Assembly (NCBI GenBank): GCA_963741095.1
Contig: CAVUGN010000002.1
Coordinates: 96,001 to 160,000, forward strand
Direction: 5' to 3'
DNA from: an uncultured Candidatus Micrarchaeota archaeon
Lineage (GTDB): Archaea > Micrarchaeota > Micrarchaeia > Micrarchaeales > Micrarchaeaceae
Length of the DNA: 64,000 bases
The position numbers and the translations under genes are program-made. The notes beneath the pieces were generated by a model, which worked only from the letters and a program-made list of their open reading frames with translations, was not told where the DNA came from and did not search any database. This document shows, one piece after another, positions 36,189 to 45,653 of this stretch. Every line of letters starts with the position of its first letter. The first letter of the stretch is position 1.

Positions 36189-38669
36189 ATGAGCCCTTAT
36201 CCTGAACCGCAGGCGAAGGCCGCGGAGACAAAAAGCATTGACGACTCTCGGATAGAAGGCATGCTGATCGACGCCGACTACCTCAACAAGGGAGACGACG
36301 CGTTCATGAGGCTCACGATAAAAGGGAAGGACGGCAAGGCCTACGAAGTCTTCGACACGACCTTCAAGCCCTACTTCTACCTGGTGCCGAACAAGGGAGT
36401 GCTGATAATCGACATAGAGAACATAACCGCCTTTGACAACAACGGAAGAAGCATAAAAGCAACCGGCATTGTCAAGGGAGAACGCATGCTGCTCGGCAAG
36501 ACAGTGACCGTTTACCAGGTCTTCGTCAAGAACCCCTCTCACGTGCCGAAGCTCAGCGCAGCGATGACACAGTACGGCACGCCCTACGAGAACGACATAC
36601 CTTTTGCGAAGCGGTACACGATAGACAGGGATGTCACCCCGTTGACGAACTACTCAATCAACGTCAGGAAGGAGAAGAACATGCTTGTTGTTGACTCTTT
36701 CAGCAACAAATCGGAAGAGCTGTCACTCGATCTCAACGTTCTCTGCTTCGACATAGAGGTCTACAACCCGCTGCAGATGCCAAGGGCCGAGAAGGACCCG
36801 ATAATAATGATAAGCTACTCCTTCGTCAAGAACGGCAAGGTAAATCACGGTGTCATAACCTTCAAGAAGATAGACCAGCCGTTCGTCGAGGTGGCGAAGG
36901 ACGAGATCGACATGATAAAGAGGTTCGTGGCGAAAGTGAACGAGTTCGACATAGACGTGATCGTAGGATACAACTCCGCAAACTTCGACATACGCTACAT
37001 GCTCGAAAGGGCAAAAGTCCTCAAGATGGATTTCGACCTCAGCAGGTTCGAAGGAGACACAAGAATAGAGAAACACGGCTTGATAGACAAGGTGAAGTTT
37101 GGCGGCAGAGTCCACGTTGACATGTACCCTGTCGTCAGGTTCGTAGCCACAGTGGGCACGGCGGAATACATACTGAAGCTCAACAGATATACGTTGAAGG
37201 ACGTCTACGAGGCGATAAGCCCGAACAAGAAGTTCGTGGTCGAAAAGGCTAAGATATACCAGATGTGGGACGGTCCAACAGAAGATCTCGAGGAACTTGC
37301 TACGTACAATCTCAATGACGCAGACGCGCTGCAGAAGGTCTACGACTCGTTCGTAACGATAATGATCGAGCTCTCAAGGATAACGCGCAACGTGCTCAGC
37401 GACGTCTGCGTTTCGACCACAGGCCAGCTTGTGGAATTCATGCTGATGCACAACTCCACGATGTTCAATGAGCTAATACCCAACAAACCGTCAGAACGGG
37501 ATATCCGCTTAAGATCAATGGATCCGATAGAGGGCGCTTACGTCAAGACCCCAGAACCAGGTGTGTACGACAAACTCGTAACATTCGACTTTCGCGGGCT
37601 GTACCCATCGATCATAATCTCCCACAATATAGATCCATCGTCAATAAACATGGAGTGCAAGGACTACTACGAATCGCCCAACGGGATTCGCTTCGACAAG
37701 AATAGGAAGAGCATAACTCCTCTTATTTTGAAATACCTTATCGACCAGAGGGCAGCAGTAAAGAAGGCTTACAAGAAGGATCCGGACAACATTTTCCTCG
37801 GCTCCAGGTCGCAGGCGTTCAAAATACTTTCCAATTCGTTCTACGGCTATCTTGGCTATGCGAGATCAAGATGGTACTCAAAAGAATGCGCAGCAAGCGT
37901 TACGGCTTACGGCAGGCAGTACATAAAACAAACCATTGAAAAAGCGGAAAACTCCGGATTTAACGTGATTTACGGCGACACAGATAGTCTCTTTTTGTTA
38001 ATGGGCAACAAGACAAAGGAAGAGGTAATCGCCTTCCTGAAGGAGATAAACACCGCGTTGCCGAACGAGATGGAACTTGAACTTGAGGACTTCTATACGC
38101 GCGGCGTTTTTGTGGGGAAGAGGACTGCGACCGGGCTCAAAGGCACAAAGAAAAAGTATGCACTCATATCTGAAACAGGAAAGGTAAAGATACGCGGCTT
38201 TGAGCTCGTCAGAAGGGACTGGTCAAGGATAGCGAGGGACACGCAGCGCAAGGTTCTCGAGATAATACTAAAGGAAGGAAAGCCGCAGAAGGCTGCAGAT
38301 GTGGTAAGGGGGGTCATAAACGACCTAAAAGAGGGCAAGGTTCCACTGAGCGAGCTTGTCATAAGCACGCAGCTCAGGAAAGGTATGGACAGCTACGACA
38401 TTAAGTCCCCGGAGCTCGCAGCGGCCGAAAAGGCGGTTAAGCAGGGCTTCAAGACGAAGGAAGAGGTGGAGCACAGCGTTATCGGCTACATAATAACGAA
38501 GCACGGCACCTCCGTATCAGAGCGCGCTGAATTAGAGGGCATGGCAAAGGATTATGATGCTGATTACTACATAAACAACCAAGTTATACCCGCAACGATG
38601 AGGATACTCAAGGAGCTCAACTTCAACGAGGACGAGCTCAAGAATCTGGGGAGCCAGAAAAAACTTTAG
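36189..38669 (+). CDS. polB: Family B DNA polymerase
   Basis: Exonuclease FDIE and YNSANFD; polymerase DFRGLYPSII, KILSNSFYGY, YGDTDS and KKKY. No intein. Confidence 0.97.
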   Translation: MSPYPEPQAKAAETKSIDDSRIEGMLIDADYLNKGDDAFMRLTIKGKDGKAYEVFDTTFKPYFYLVPNKGVLIIDIENITAFDNNGRSIKATGIVKGERMLLGKTVTVYQVFVKNPSHVPKLSAAMTQYGTPYENDIPFAKRYTIDRDVTPLTNYSINVRKEKNMLVVDSFSNKSEELSLDLNVLCFDIEVYNPLQMPRAEKDPIIMISYSFVKNGKVNHGVITFKKIDQPFVEVAKDEIDMIKRFVAKVNEFDIDVIVGYNSANFDIRYMLERAKVLKMDFDLSRFEGDTRIEKHGLIDKVKFGGRVHVDMYPVVRFVATVGTAEYILKLNRYTLKDVYEAISPNKKFVVEKAKIYQMWDGPTEDLEELATYNLNDADALQKVYDSFVTIMIELSRITRNVLSDVCVSTTGQLVEFMLMHNSTMFNELIPNKPSERDIRLRSMDPIEGAYVKTPEPGVYDKLVTFDFRGLYPSIIISHNIDPSSINMECKDYYESPNGIRFDKNRKSITPLILKYLIDQRAAVKKAYKKDPDNIFLGSRSQAFKILSNSFYGYLGYARSRWYSKECAASVTAYGRQYIKQTIEKAENSGFNVIYGDTDSLFLLMGNKTKEEVIAFLKEINTALPNEMELELEDFYTRGVFVGKRTATGLKGTKKKYALISETGKVKIRGFELVRRDWSRIARDTQRKVLEIILKEGKPQKAADVVRGVINDLKEGKVPLSELVISTQLRKGMDSYDIKSPELAAAEKAVKQGFKTKEEVEHSVIGYIITKHGTSVSERAELEGMAKDYDADYYINNQVIPATMRILKELNFNEDELKNLGSQKKL

Positions 38670-38678
38670 TGTGTTTGA

Positions 38679-39578
38679 ATGACGAACGTAGACAAGGAGA
38701 AATTGAGAGGAGTGGGCAAGGTGCTGAGCGAGGCGCTTCTGATGTCAAAGGGCATGGTTAAGCCCGGCGTGAAGCTGATAACCGTCGCCGAAGCCGGAGA
38801 GAAATTCGTCAGGGACAAAGGCTATGGGCTCGCCTTCCCGATGAACATATCAATCAACGAGCAGGCGGCGCACTACACCCCCTGCCTAGACGACGACAAG
38901 GTCTTCACAAGCAACGATCTAGTGAAGCTGGATTTCGGGACAGAGAAGGACGGATATCTGGGAGACTGTGCGGTGACCGTTGACCTGACTGGAAAATACT
39001 CTGGATTGGTCAGCGCCGCGAACGAAGCGATGGCAAAAGCCATATCTGTGGTGAAGGCAGGTGTCAAGGTCAACGAGATAGGTAAAGTCATAGCGGAATC
39101 CATAGAGTCTAAGGGATTCTTCCCGATAAAGAACCTCGGCGGTCACGGCGTGAACGAACACGAATTGCATGCTGAGCCGTTCATACCGAACTACGACAAC
39201 GGCGATGAGACCGAACTGGAAGAGGGTCAGGTCATAGCTCTCGAGCCGTTCGCCACAAACGGAAAAGGGTTTGTTGCGGACAGCGACATTCACGAGATAT
39301 TCAGCTATGTCGACGAAAGCACCACCAGGTCCGCGGATTCGAGGCTGCTTCTCAAGGAGATTGCGGCAAAGTACAAAACTGAACCGTTTGCCGCGAGATG
39401 GCTTTCGAACAAAATAAACTCACGTTTCAGACTCTATGCTGCGATGGGAGAACTGATGCGGGCTGGGGCCATCACGCCACACTCAACCCTTGTTGAGGTC
39501 AGCAACGGAATGGTTTCGCAGTCTGAGGCGCAGTTGATAGTAGAAAAGGACGGCTGCGAGGTACTGGCAAAAGTGTGA
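38679..39578 (+). CDS. map: Type II methionine aminopeptidase
   Basis: AFP.NISIN..AAHYTP, KLDFG...DCAVT, NLGGHG and ALEPFAT. Confidence 0.95.
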   Translation: MTNVDKEKLRGVGKVLSEALLMSKGMVKPGVKLITVAEAGEKFVRDKGYGLAFPMNISINEQAAHYTPCLDDDKVFTSNDLVKLDFGTEKDGYLGDCAVTVDLTGKYSGLVSAANEAMAKAISVVKAGVKVNEIGKVIAESIESKGFFPIKNLGGHGVNEHELHAEPFIPNYDNGDETELEEGQVIALEPFATNGKGFVADSDIHEIFSYVDESTTRSADSRLLLKEIAAKYKTEPFAARWLSNKINSRFRLYAAMGELMRAGAITPHSTLVEVSNGMVSQSEAQLIVEKDGCEVLAKV

Positions 39579-40021
39579 ATCAAATGCAGGCAGGCGCAGG
39601 CAACATTGCAGTAACCGTTGCATTCTTCTGCAATGATGGCAAGGGCAACTTCGTGCTGCACAAACGCAGCGAGGCCTGCCGCGACGAGCGTGGCAAATGG
39701 GATTGCGGCGGCGGCAAGTTGGAATTCGGCGAAGAACCCAAAGATGCTGTCCTGCGTGAGGTCAAAGAAGAGTATGGCGTCGACGGGTCTGTTCAGGAAC
39801 AATTTCCAGCCTACTCTTTAATACGCGAACAAGATGGGGTGAAGACACACTGGCTTGTACTTCCATTCCTGATTAAAATAGACGTCAAAAAGGCAAAGAT
39901 AATGGAACCACATAAAGCGACAGAGATCGGAATATTCAATGTGGACAACCTGCCGCAGCCGCTGCATCCCGGTCTTCAAAAGCTATTGCTGCTGTACAAA
40001 GACAGTTTAAAGAAGACGTAA
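39575..40021 (+). CDS. NUDIX hydrolase
   Basis: Nudix box GGKLEFGEEPKDAVLREVKEEYG. Confidence 0.9.
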   Translation: MNQMQAGAGNIAVTVAFFCNDGKGNFVLHKRSEACRDERGKWDCGGGKLEFGEEPKDAVLREVKEEYGVDGSVQEQFPAYSLIREQDGVKTHWLVLPFLIKIDVKKAKIMEPHKATEIGIFNVDNLPQPLHPGLQKLLLLYKDSLKKT

Positions 40022-40033
40022 CTGCGGAACGCG

Positions 40034-40168
40034 CTACTTCTTGGCGTGCTTGAAATACTCTACCTGCCGCAATCTTTTCTCCGCTTCCTCTCTCGTCTTA
40101 TAAGGTCCGCCCATGTTCTTCCCCTTCTCGGAAAGAACGTGGTATCCATCCTTTCTTTTCACGATCAT
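40034..40168 (-). CDS. 44-aa basic microprotein translationally coupled to nrdJ
   Basis: Not in the track. MIVKRKDGYHVLSEKGKNMGGPYKTREEAEKRLRQVEYFKHAKK; its ATG overlaps the nrdJ stop (TAATG) and it fills the gap to the NUDIX gene. Confidence 0.75.
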   Translation of the reverse strand: MIVKRKDGYHVLSEKGKNMGGPYKTREEAEKRLRQVEYFKHAKK

Positions 40169-42528
40169 TATCCACATCTTGTGTAGCCACACGCTTTGCA
40201 GGTCACGCATCCGCTCTCGTTCATGAGCGTGCGCTCGCCGCAGCTGGGGCAGCTCTCCATCTTTGTGCCATCGCTTCCTGCAGCCTCGCTAGGCTTCTCA
40301 TCCTGCGCCTGCTTCACATGGTCCTTGAGCGTGATCGGCTCGTTGTGTGCCGACATGCTCTCCTGCCCTGTCGCAAGCTCAAGCGCCTTGGCTATCGCAT
40401 CTGGTACGCTGTAGACCCTAAGCCCGTGGTCCCACATCACCGTGCTTGAGCGTATGCCCTTGAGGCTGGATATGACCTCCTTTATGTCGCCGCCGACCTG
40501 CAGGTACCTGCTGATCAGCTTGCCCATCGCCTCGCAGTAGCTCTTCTCGTCGCTTCCCGCCTTGCCCAATGTTATGAACACCTCTCTTATCGATTCCTTG
40601 TCGAAGTTGGCCGTCAGGTAGAGCGTGCCCTGCATGACCTTGAGCTTTATCGTCTTGCCCACGAGCACGTCAGGCCTGTTCCAGTTCGGCTGCGCCTCCT
40701 TCAATTTAAGTTCTTCATCGGTTATGAGCACTCCTTCCCTCGAGCCCTCCCTGTAGACGGTTATGCCCTTGCACCCGGCCTTCCAGGCCTGCATGTATAT
40801 CTGCTCGACCTGTTCGACCGTCGTGTCCTTCGGCAGGTTGACCGTCGAGGATATGGCGCTGTCCACATGCTTCTGTATTATGCCCTGCATCTTGACCCTG
40901 AACTCCGGAAGTATCTTGTGCGAAGGCACGAAGAATTCCGGCAGGTCCTTCTCGTCGTTTATGCCGGCGAGCTTCATGTACTCGCTGACGAGCGGGTCGT
41001 ACATCTTGAAGTACTGCTGGCTCAACGATTCGGATCTCCTGGTGTAACTGAATGCGAATATCGGCTCCACGCCGCTTGAGGTGCCAACGAGCACCGAGCC
41101 GCTGCCGACCGGCGCTATGGTCAGGATTGCGACGTTCCTCAGGCCGTCCTTGGCTATCCTGTTCCTCGTCTCTTCATCAAGGGTCTTTATGAACGGCATG
41201 CTCAGGTGCTTGTCCTTGTCGAACGACAGGAACGAGCCCTTATCCTTCGCTATCGCGCAGCTCTCATCGTAGGCCGTCCTCTTTATCATGTTGAAGAGGT
41301 TGTCCGCGAACGCCAGAGCCTTGTCGCTGTCGTACTTTATCTTGAGCTTCACGAACATGTCCGCCAGCCCGGTCACGCCGATGCCGATGCGCCTGCTGTT
41401 CCTCGACGCCTCTCTCTGCGCCGGCAGTGCGTGCTTCTCCATGTTGTAATCAAGGACATCGTCCAGGAACCTCACGGAATACCTGACCGCCTGTTCAAGC
41501 ATCTTCCAGTCTATGGTTGCGCTGTCGCTGAACTTGTCTATCACGAATGCCGGCAGGTTTATGCTGCCCAGGTCGCATGCGCCATAGGGCTGCAGCGGCT
41601 GCTCGCTGCATGGATTGGTCGTTATCACCTCCATGCCGTTGTACTCGCTCGGCGAGAACCTCTTTATCGTGTCCCAGAACATCAAACCAGGCTCGGCCCA
41701 GTCCCTAGCGGACTTGACGATCTCGTCCCACAGGAAACGCGCGCTCACCTTGCGTTCTATCCTGCCGGTGACCCCGCTGCCGTACCTGAGCGCAAACTCC
41801 TCATTAGCCTCGACCGCGCGCATGAACTCGTCGGTTATCCTGACGCTTATGTTCGCATACTTGACGGTGCTGAGGTTTCTCTTCACCTTTATGAATTCAA
41901 GAATGTCCGGGTGATCAACGCTCATCGTTATCATGAGCGCGCCCCTCCTTCCAGCCTGGCCTATGGTGTGCGTCGTCTCGCTCATTATGTTCATGAACGA
42001 CACCGAGCCTGAAGAATATATCGCAGAATTGTTCACCGGCGCTCCCCGCGGCCTGAGCACGCTGATGTCCGTGCCGACCCCTCCGCCGAGGCTGTAGACC
42101 CTTGCGGATTCCTTGCACCAGTCGAATATCGCCTCTATGGAGTCCTCCTTTATGGGAACCACGTAGCAATTTATCAGGCTGGCCCTCCTTCCCTGGCCTG
42201 CGCCGAACATTATCCTGCCGCCCGGCACGAACCTGAAATCATAAAGCAGCCACTTGAACTTCTCGCCCCACTCCTTCCTCCTCTCATCGGTTGTTTCTGC
42301 GCTGGCTATCTCGCTTGAAACGCGGTCCCACATCTCTTTCGGCGTGTTCTCAACCTGTTTGCCTGTCTTGTCCCTGAGCGCGTACTTCTCGTAGAACACC
42401 CTCGATCTTATCTCGTCGTTCCCGAAGAACTCCAGCGTCTCCCTTGGAATCTCGATCGGCCCCTTCGTCTCAACAGCGAGCTGCAGCTCCTTTTCCATTT
42501 CTTTGCCTTCCACCACACCACCATCCAT
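40168..42528 (-). CDS. nrdJ: Class II (adenosylcobalamin-dependent) ribonucleotide reductase
   Basis: PGGRI, INCYV, RRGALM, TNPCSEQPL...CDLGSIN, GCKGITVYREGSR and a C-terminal Cys-rich tail. Start approximate. Confidence 0.93.
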   Translation of the reverse strand: MDGGVVEGKEMEKELQLAVETKGPIEIPRETLEFFGNDEIRSRVFYEKYALRDKTGKQVENTPKEMWDRVSSEIASAETTDERRKEWGEKFKWLLYDFRFVPGGRIMFGAGQGRRASLINCYVVPIKEDSIEAIFDWCKESARVYSLGGGVGTDISVLRPRGAPVNNSAIYSSGSVSFMNIMSETTHTIGQAGRRGALMITMSVDHPDILEFIKVKRNLSTVKYANISVRITDEFMRAVEANEEFALRYGSGVTGRIERKVSARFLWDEIVKSARDWAEPGLMFWDTIKRFSPSEYNGMEVITTNPCSEQPLQPYGACDLGSINLPAFVIDKFSDSATIDWKMLEQAVRYSVRFLDDVLDYNMEKHALPAQREASRNSRRIGIGVTGLADMFVKLKIKYDSDKALAFADNLFNMIKRTAYDESCAIAKDKGSFLSFDKDKHLSMPFIKTLDEETRNRIAKDGLRNVAILTIAPVGSGSVLVGTSSGVEPIFAFSYTRRSESLSQQYFKMYDPLVSEYMKLAGINDEKDLPEFFVPSHKILPEFRVKMQGIIQKHVDSAISSTVNLPKDTTVEQVEQIYMQAWKAGCKGITVYREGSREGVLITDEELKLKEAQPNWNRPDVLVGKTIKLKVMQGTLYLTANFDKESIREVFITLGKAGSDEKSYCEAMGKLISRYLQVGGDIKEVISSLKGIRSSTVMWDHGLRVYSVPDAIAKALELATGQESMSAHNEPITLKDHVKQAQDEKPSEAAGSDGTKMESCPSCGERTLMNESGCVTCKACGYTRCG

Positions 42529-42635
42529 AGCAACACCAAGCCGAAGAACCCATGCCGGCGAAGTCCGATATCGGGCGGGGCACGCCCTCATCTCGATATC
42601 AAAACCAATAGTTACAAGCAGGATCCAAAAGGCAA

Positions 42636-42669
42636 TTGAAACTTATTCAAGCAAGGTATAAATACCTGC
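42636..42669 (-). promoter_or_regulatory. nrdJ promoter with adjacent inverted repeats
   Basis: Minus-strand TATTTATA box inside the palindrome AGGTA-TAAA-TACCT, followed by TTGAA-N5-TTCAA at 42636-42650. Confidence 0.45.
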
Positions 42670-42725
42670 CCAAGATTTTCACCTAAAAGAGTAAACAAAT
42701 CAGTATCGGCATAAAATTTTCGACG

Positions 42726-43181
42726 TCAAGCCCTGACTTGTTCGGCCCCAACGCCATCGCAGGACTCGCTGAACTTGGTCCTGAGGCTGCCCCAGGCTTT
42801 CTTGTACAGCTCCTGCTCGCTCTTGTCAACGTTGTAATGGAGCCACTGGTAGAAAGCGTTGTCCTTTATGTTCATGCCGGCGACCTCCTGCACGTCAAGG
42901 TTCCTCAACTGCTTCCATTTTGATTCGCGCGCATGCCTGTGCTCCTCCCTCACGGAATCGCTGCCAAGGTCGAAGACCGCGCCGTCGGCCATGCTCTTTG
43001 ACGTCTGATAGGAATAGGCAGAGCAGAGCGCGGCGATGATCACTGCCTCCATTTTTATTATCGTCTCCTCTTCAGTGAACTGATAGTCGCCTGGATTGCA
43101 CTGGTTCTCCTTCGCCGCAACAGTCTGTATTCGTTCAGCAATCTTGTCAAATTTTGTTAGATTGTATTTTATCGGCATCAA
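42726..43181 (-). CDS. Hypothetical protein
   Basis: 151-aa helical ORF with genome-like codon usage; no motif recognised. Confidence 0.65.
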   Translation of the reverse strand: MMPIKYNLTKFDKIAERIQTVAAKENQCNPGDYQFTEEETIIKMEAVIIAALCSAYSYQTSKSMADGAVFDLGSDSVREEHRHARESKWKQLRNLDVQEVAGMNIKDNAFYQWLHYNVDKSEQELYKKAWGSLRTKFSESCDGVGAEQVRA

Positions 43182-43278
43182 GTGCGCCCGAGTCTGACCG
43201 GAACACTGCCTGAACGATATACATATACAACACTTAAATTTATAAGCATTAATTCATAAGTAAAACAAAGGCGATATC

Positions 43279-43695
43279 ATGACTGGAATATTCAACATCT
43301 TCGGAAAGCGGGACGCGAGCAACGATCTGATGAAAAACCCGCCCTTCCGACTCTCGACAGAACTGATTCCGTACAAACTGTACGCGAACAAGAGCAGCTC
43401 AGCATCATTGATGGTCAAGGTGAAGAACATGACCAACGAGGTGCTGCTCACATCCGTGGTCGCAGAGCTCCCGAGCCAGCTCGGCTTCGACGAAGTCGGA
43501 GTTTCGAAGCAGAGGGAGATAAGGGTCGGAGAGATAGCGCCGCACGACGAGAAGGAAGTGCGGTTCGATGTCTTCGGCAGCGTCACTGCCGACGCAGGAG
43601 AATACACAATCATGCTCACCGCCATAGCCCATTACCGCGACTATGGCCATGTGATAAACGCCGTAAAGAAGAGATCAACGCTCAACGTTGTGTGA
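43279..43695 (+). CDS. Hypothetical Ig-like beta-sandwich protein
   Basis: VKVKN...LP..LGF...VGEIAP.DEKEVRF...AGEYTI pattern; N-terminal amphipathic GIFNIFGK. Confidence 0.7.
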   Translation: MTGIFNIFGKRDASNDLMKNPPFRLSTELIPYKLYANKSSSASLMVKVKNMTNEVLLTSVVAELPSQLGFDEVGVSKQREIRVGEIAPHDEKEVRFDVFGSVTADAGEYTIMLTAIAHYRDYGHVINAVKKRSTLNVV

Positions 43696-44013
43696 TCACT
43701 TTGCCGGCAGCTCCGGCTGAGGCTTTGGCGCGAGCTCCACCTCTTTCTCCATAACATTCATCATCGCGTAGGCGTTGGAGAGCATCTCCGCAAGCTTTAT
43801 CCCCTTCTCTGTGAGCTTTATCAGCTTTATCTTGCCGTGCTTCTCGCTGCTCGTTATCCCAAGCTGCTCGCACGCCACAAGGAAGTTGCAGGTGTGCACG
43901 TAGGTGGTGTTGGATGCCTTTGCGAGGCTGGTGATGTGCCAGCTTTGCGAGGTGTCCCTCAACGCGAGCAGTATCTTGAGATGCTTGTCTTTGAACAGGA
44001 GCAAACCCTTCAT
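43696..44013 (-). CDS. Winged-helix transcriptional regulator
   Basis: ITSLAKASNTTYVH...LGI..EKHGKIKLIKLTEKG. Confidence 0.8.
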   Translation of the reverse strand: MKGLLLFKDKHLKILLALRDTSQSWHITSLAKASNTTYVHTCNFLVACEQLGITSSEKHGKIKLIKLTEKGIKLAEMLSNAYAMMNVMEKEVELAPKPQPELPAK

Positions 44014-44075
44014 GTCCTCGATACATTATCCGCAGGCAAAAGATATAAATCCCTTCGAGGGCCTGATATACATCT

Positions 44076-44561
44076 ATGGCGCAGGCAACCGATGCGATGC
44101 GGTCGCGGCATTTTCCCCTGTTGACAACATCCATGGGAGCCGTCCTGATCGTGATGTCGCTGATCGGCGGCGCGACCGTGTTCACCTCCACGACCAGGGC
44201 GAACGTGCTGAGAATAGTTTTCTACTTCATACTCCCGCTGGTAGGGGGCGTGCTGCTGTTGCTGTCCGGGATGGCGCTGATGGACATAAGCGCCAGTTCG
44301 CTGCACAGAACCTACGCCGCGAACGGCAGGAAAAAGGTGGAGAAGGAAAGGAGCAAGATGCTGAACGTGATGCTCAACGGCGACGAGCGAAAGGTCCTTG
44401 ACCTGATAAAAGAGCGCCCGAACGGCGCGCTGCAGTCGGAACTCGTAATAAAGAGCGGCTTTTCGAAGGTAAAGATGCACCGGATGCTGAAGAAACTGGA
44501 GGCGAAGGAACTGATAACTAGGGGCAGGTTCGGCATAACCAACAAAGTTTTCTTGAACTAG
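44076..44561 (+). CDS. Membrane-anchored winged-helix protein
   Basis: Two TM helices then LNGDERKVL...LQSELV..SGFSKVKMHRMLKKLE...GITNKV. Confidence 0.8.
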   Translation: MAQATDAMRSRHFPLLTTSMGAVLIVMSLIGGATVFTSTTRANVLRIVFYFILPLVGGVLLLLSGMALMDISASSLHRTYAANGRKKVEKERSKMLNVMLNGDERKVLDLIKERPNGALQSELVIKSGFSKVKMHRMLKKLEAKELITRGRFGITNKVFLN

Positions 44562-44634
44562 ATTACCCCGTCGTAAAGCATAAGGATATTAATTAGTTTC
44601 TGTTAATAATATATTGAGTTCTATAGGCGATTGG

Positions 44635-44886
44635 ATGGTAAAGTTCGTAATAGCAAAACAGCTCGTCGGGAAGAAGGTTGTAACAAACGACGGCTTCGAC
44701 GTAGGCAGATTTGTCGATGCTGAAGTGAGTGAGGTCACTGGAAAGATGAACACGCTTATAATTGAGCCGAATCTTGACAGCTCCCTTGCAAACAAGATCA
44801 AGGCAGATGACGGCAACGTAAGGATAAAGTACGATGCGGTCATGGCTGTCAACGACTACATAGTCCTTGACAGGAAACTGCTCTGA
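44635..44886 (+). CDS. PRC-barrel protein (CdpB-like)
   Basis: LVGKKVVTNDG..VG...D......GK...L...I.Y..V.AV.DYIV. Confidence 0.85.
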   Translation: MVKFVIAKQLVGKKVVTNDGFDVGRFVDAEVSEVTGKMNTLIIEPNLDSSLANKIKADDGNVRIKYDAVMAVNDYIVLDRKLL

Positions 44887-45615
44887 TTGCTTTCGCGCTT
44901 AACCGGTTTGGGTGGTCCCATCATAGTGTGTGGAGGAGACGAAGCCGGAAGGGGCGCAATACTCGGGCCTCTTGTAATAAGCCTAGTCTCTATCAAGAAA
45001 AGCAGCCTTCCAAGGCTCTCTGAAGCAGGCGTAAGAGACTCAAAGCTGCTCACCCCGAAGAAGAGGAGCGTGCTCTACAACAAGATCAAAAAAGTGGCAG
45101 CAGACGTCAGAGTCGATTGCATCTTCCCCAGCGAGATAAACGACGCAATGAAGAACGGCATATCCTTGAACGAGCTCGAGGCGGTGCACTTCGCTAGGCT
45201 CTTCGACACCATAGACCAGGACATAAGCGCGGTCTATCTCGATTCTCCCGATGTGATCGCGGAGAAGTTCGGGGTCAGATTCAACATGTCAAGCTCGAAG
45301 TCCACCAAGGTGGTGGGAGCGAAGGCGATCAAGGTCACCGAGGGCAAGAAAGTGAGGATAATCGCGGAGCACAAGGCCGATTCAAGATACGCGGTCGTAT
45401 CCGCTGCAAGCATAATAGCCAAGGTCACGCGCGACCACGAAGTGAAGAAGCTGGAACGCACCCTGGGCATCACCATCGGCTCAGGCTACCCCTCTGACGA
45501 CACGACGATAGACGCGATAAAGGAGAACATGGACAACGCGCTGCTTTTCGAAAACACCAGGAAGTACTGGCGAACGATGGACAGGATAAAGCAGACGAGG
45601 CTAACGAGCTTCTGA
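44887..45615 (+). CDS. rnhB: Ribonuclease HII
   Basis: GGDEAGRG, VRDSK, HKAD..Y.VVSAASIIAKV.RD and GSGYPSD; C-terminal PIP box QTRLTSF. Confidence 0.96.
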   Translation: MLSRLTGLGGPIIVCGGDEAGRGAILGPLVISLVSIKKSSLPRLSEAGVRDSKLLTPKKRSVLYNKIKKVAADVRVDCIFPSEINDAMKNGISLNELEAVHFARLFDTIDQDISAVYLDSPDVIAEKFGVRFNMSSSKSTKVVGAKAIKVTEGKKVRIIAEHKADSRYAVVSAASIIAKVTRDHEVKKLERTLGITIGSGYPSDDTTIDAIKENMDNALLFENTRKYWRTMDRIKQTRLTSF

Positions 45616-45653
45616 TTCTAAATCGTTTTATTCCTTCTCTTGCATAGCTAATC

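Noticed and set aside
42529-42635. Canonical cobalamin riboswitch before nrdJ
   Set aside because: No B12 box or GGGAA/T-loop core recognisable; kept only as an unclassified structured leader.
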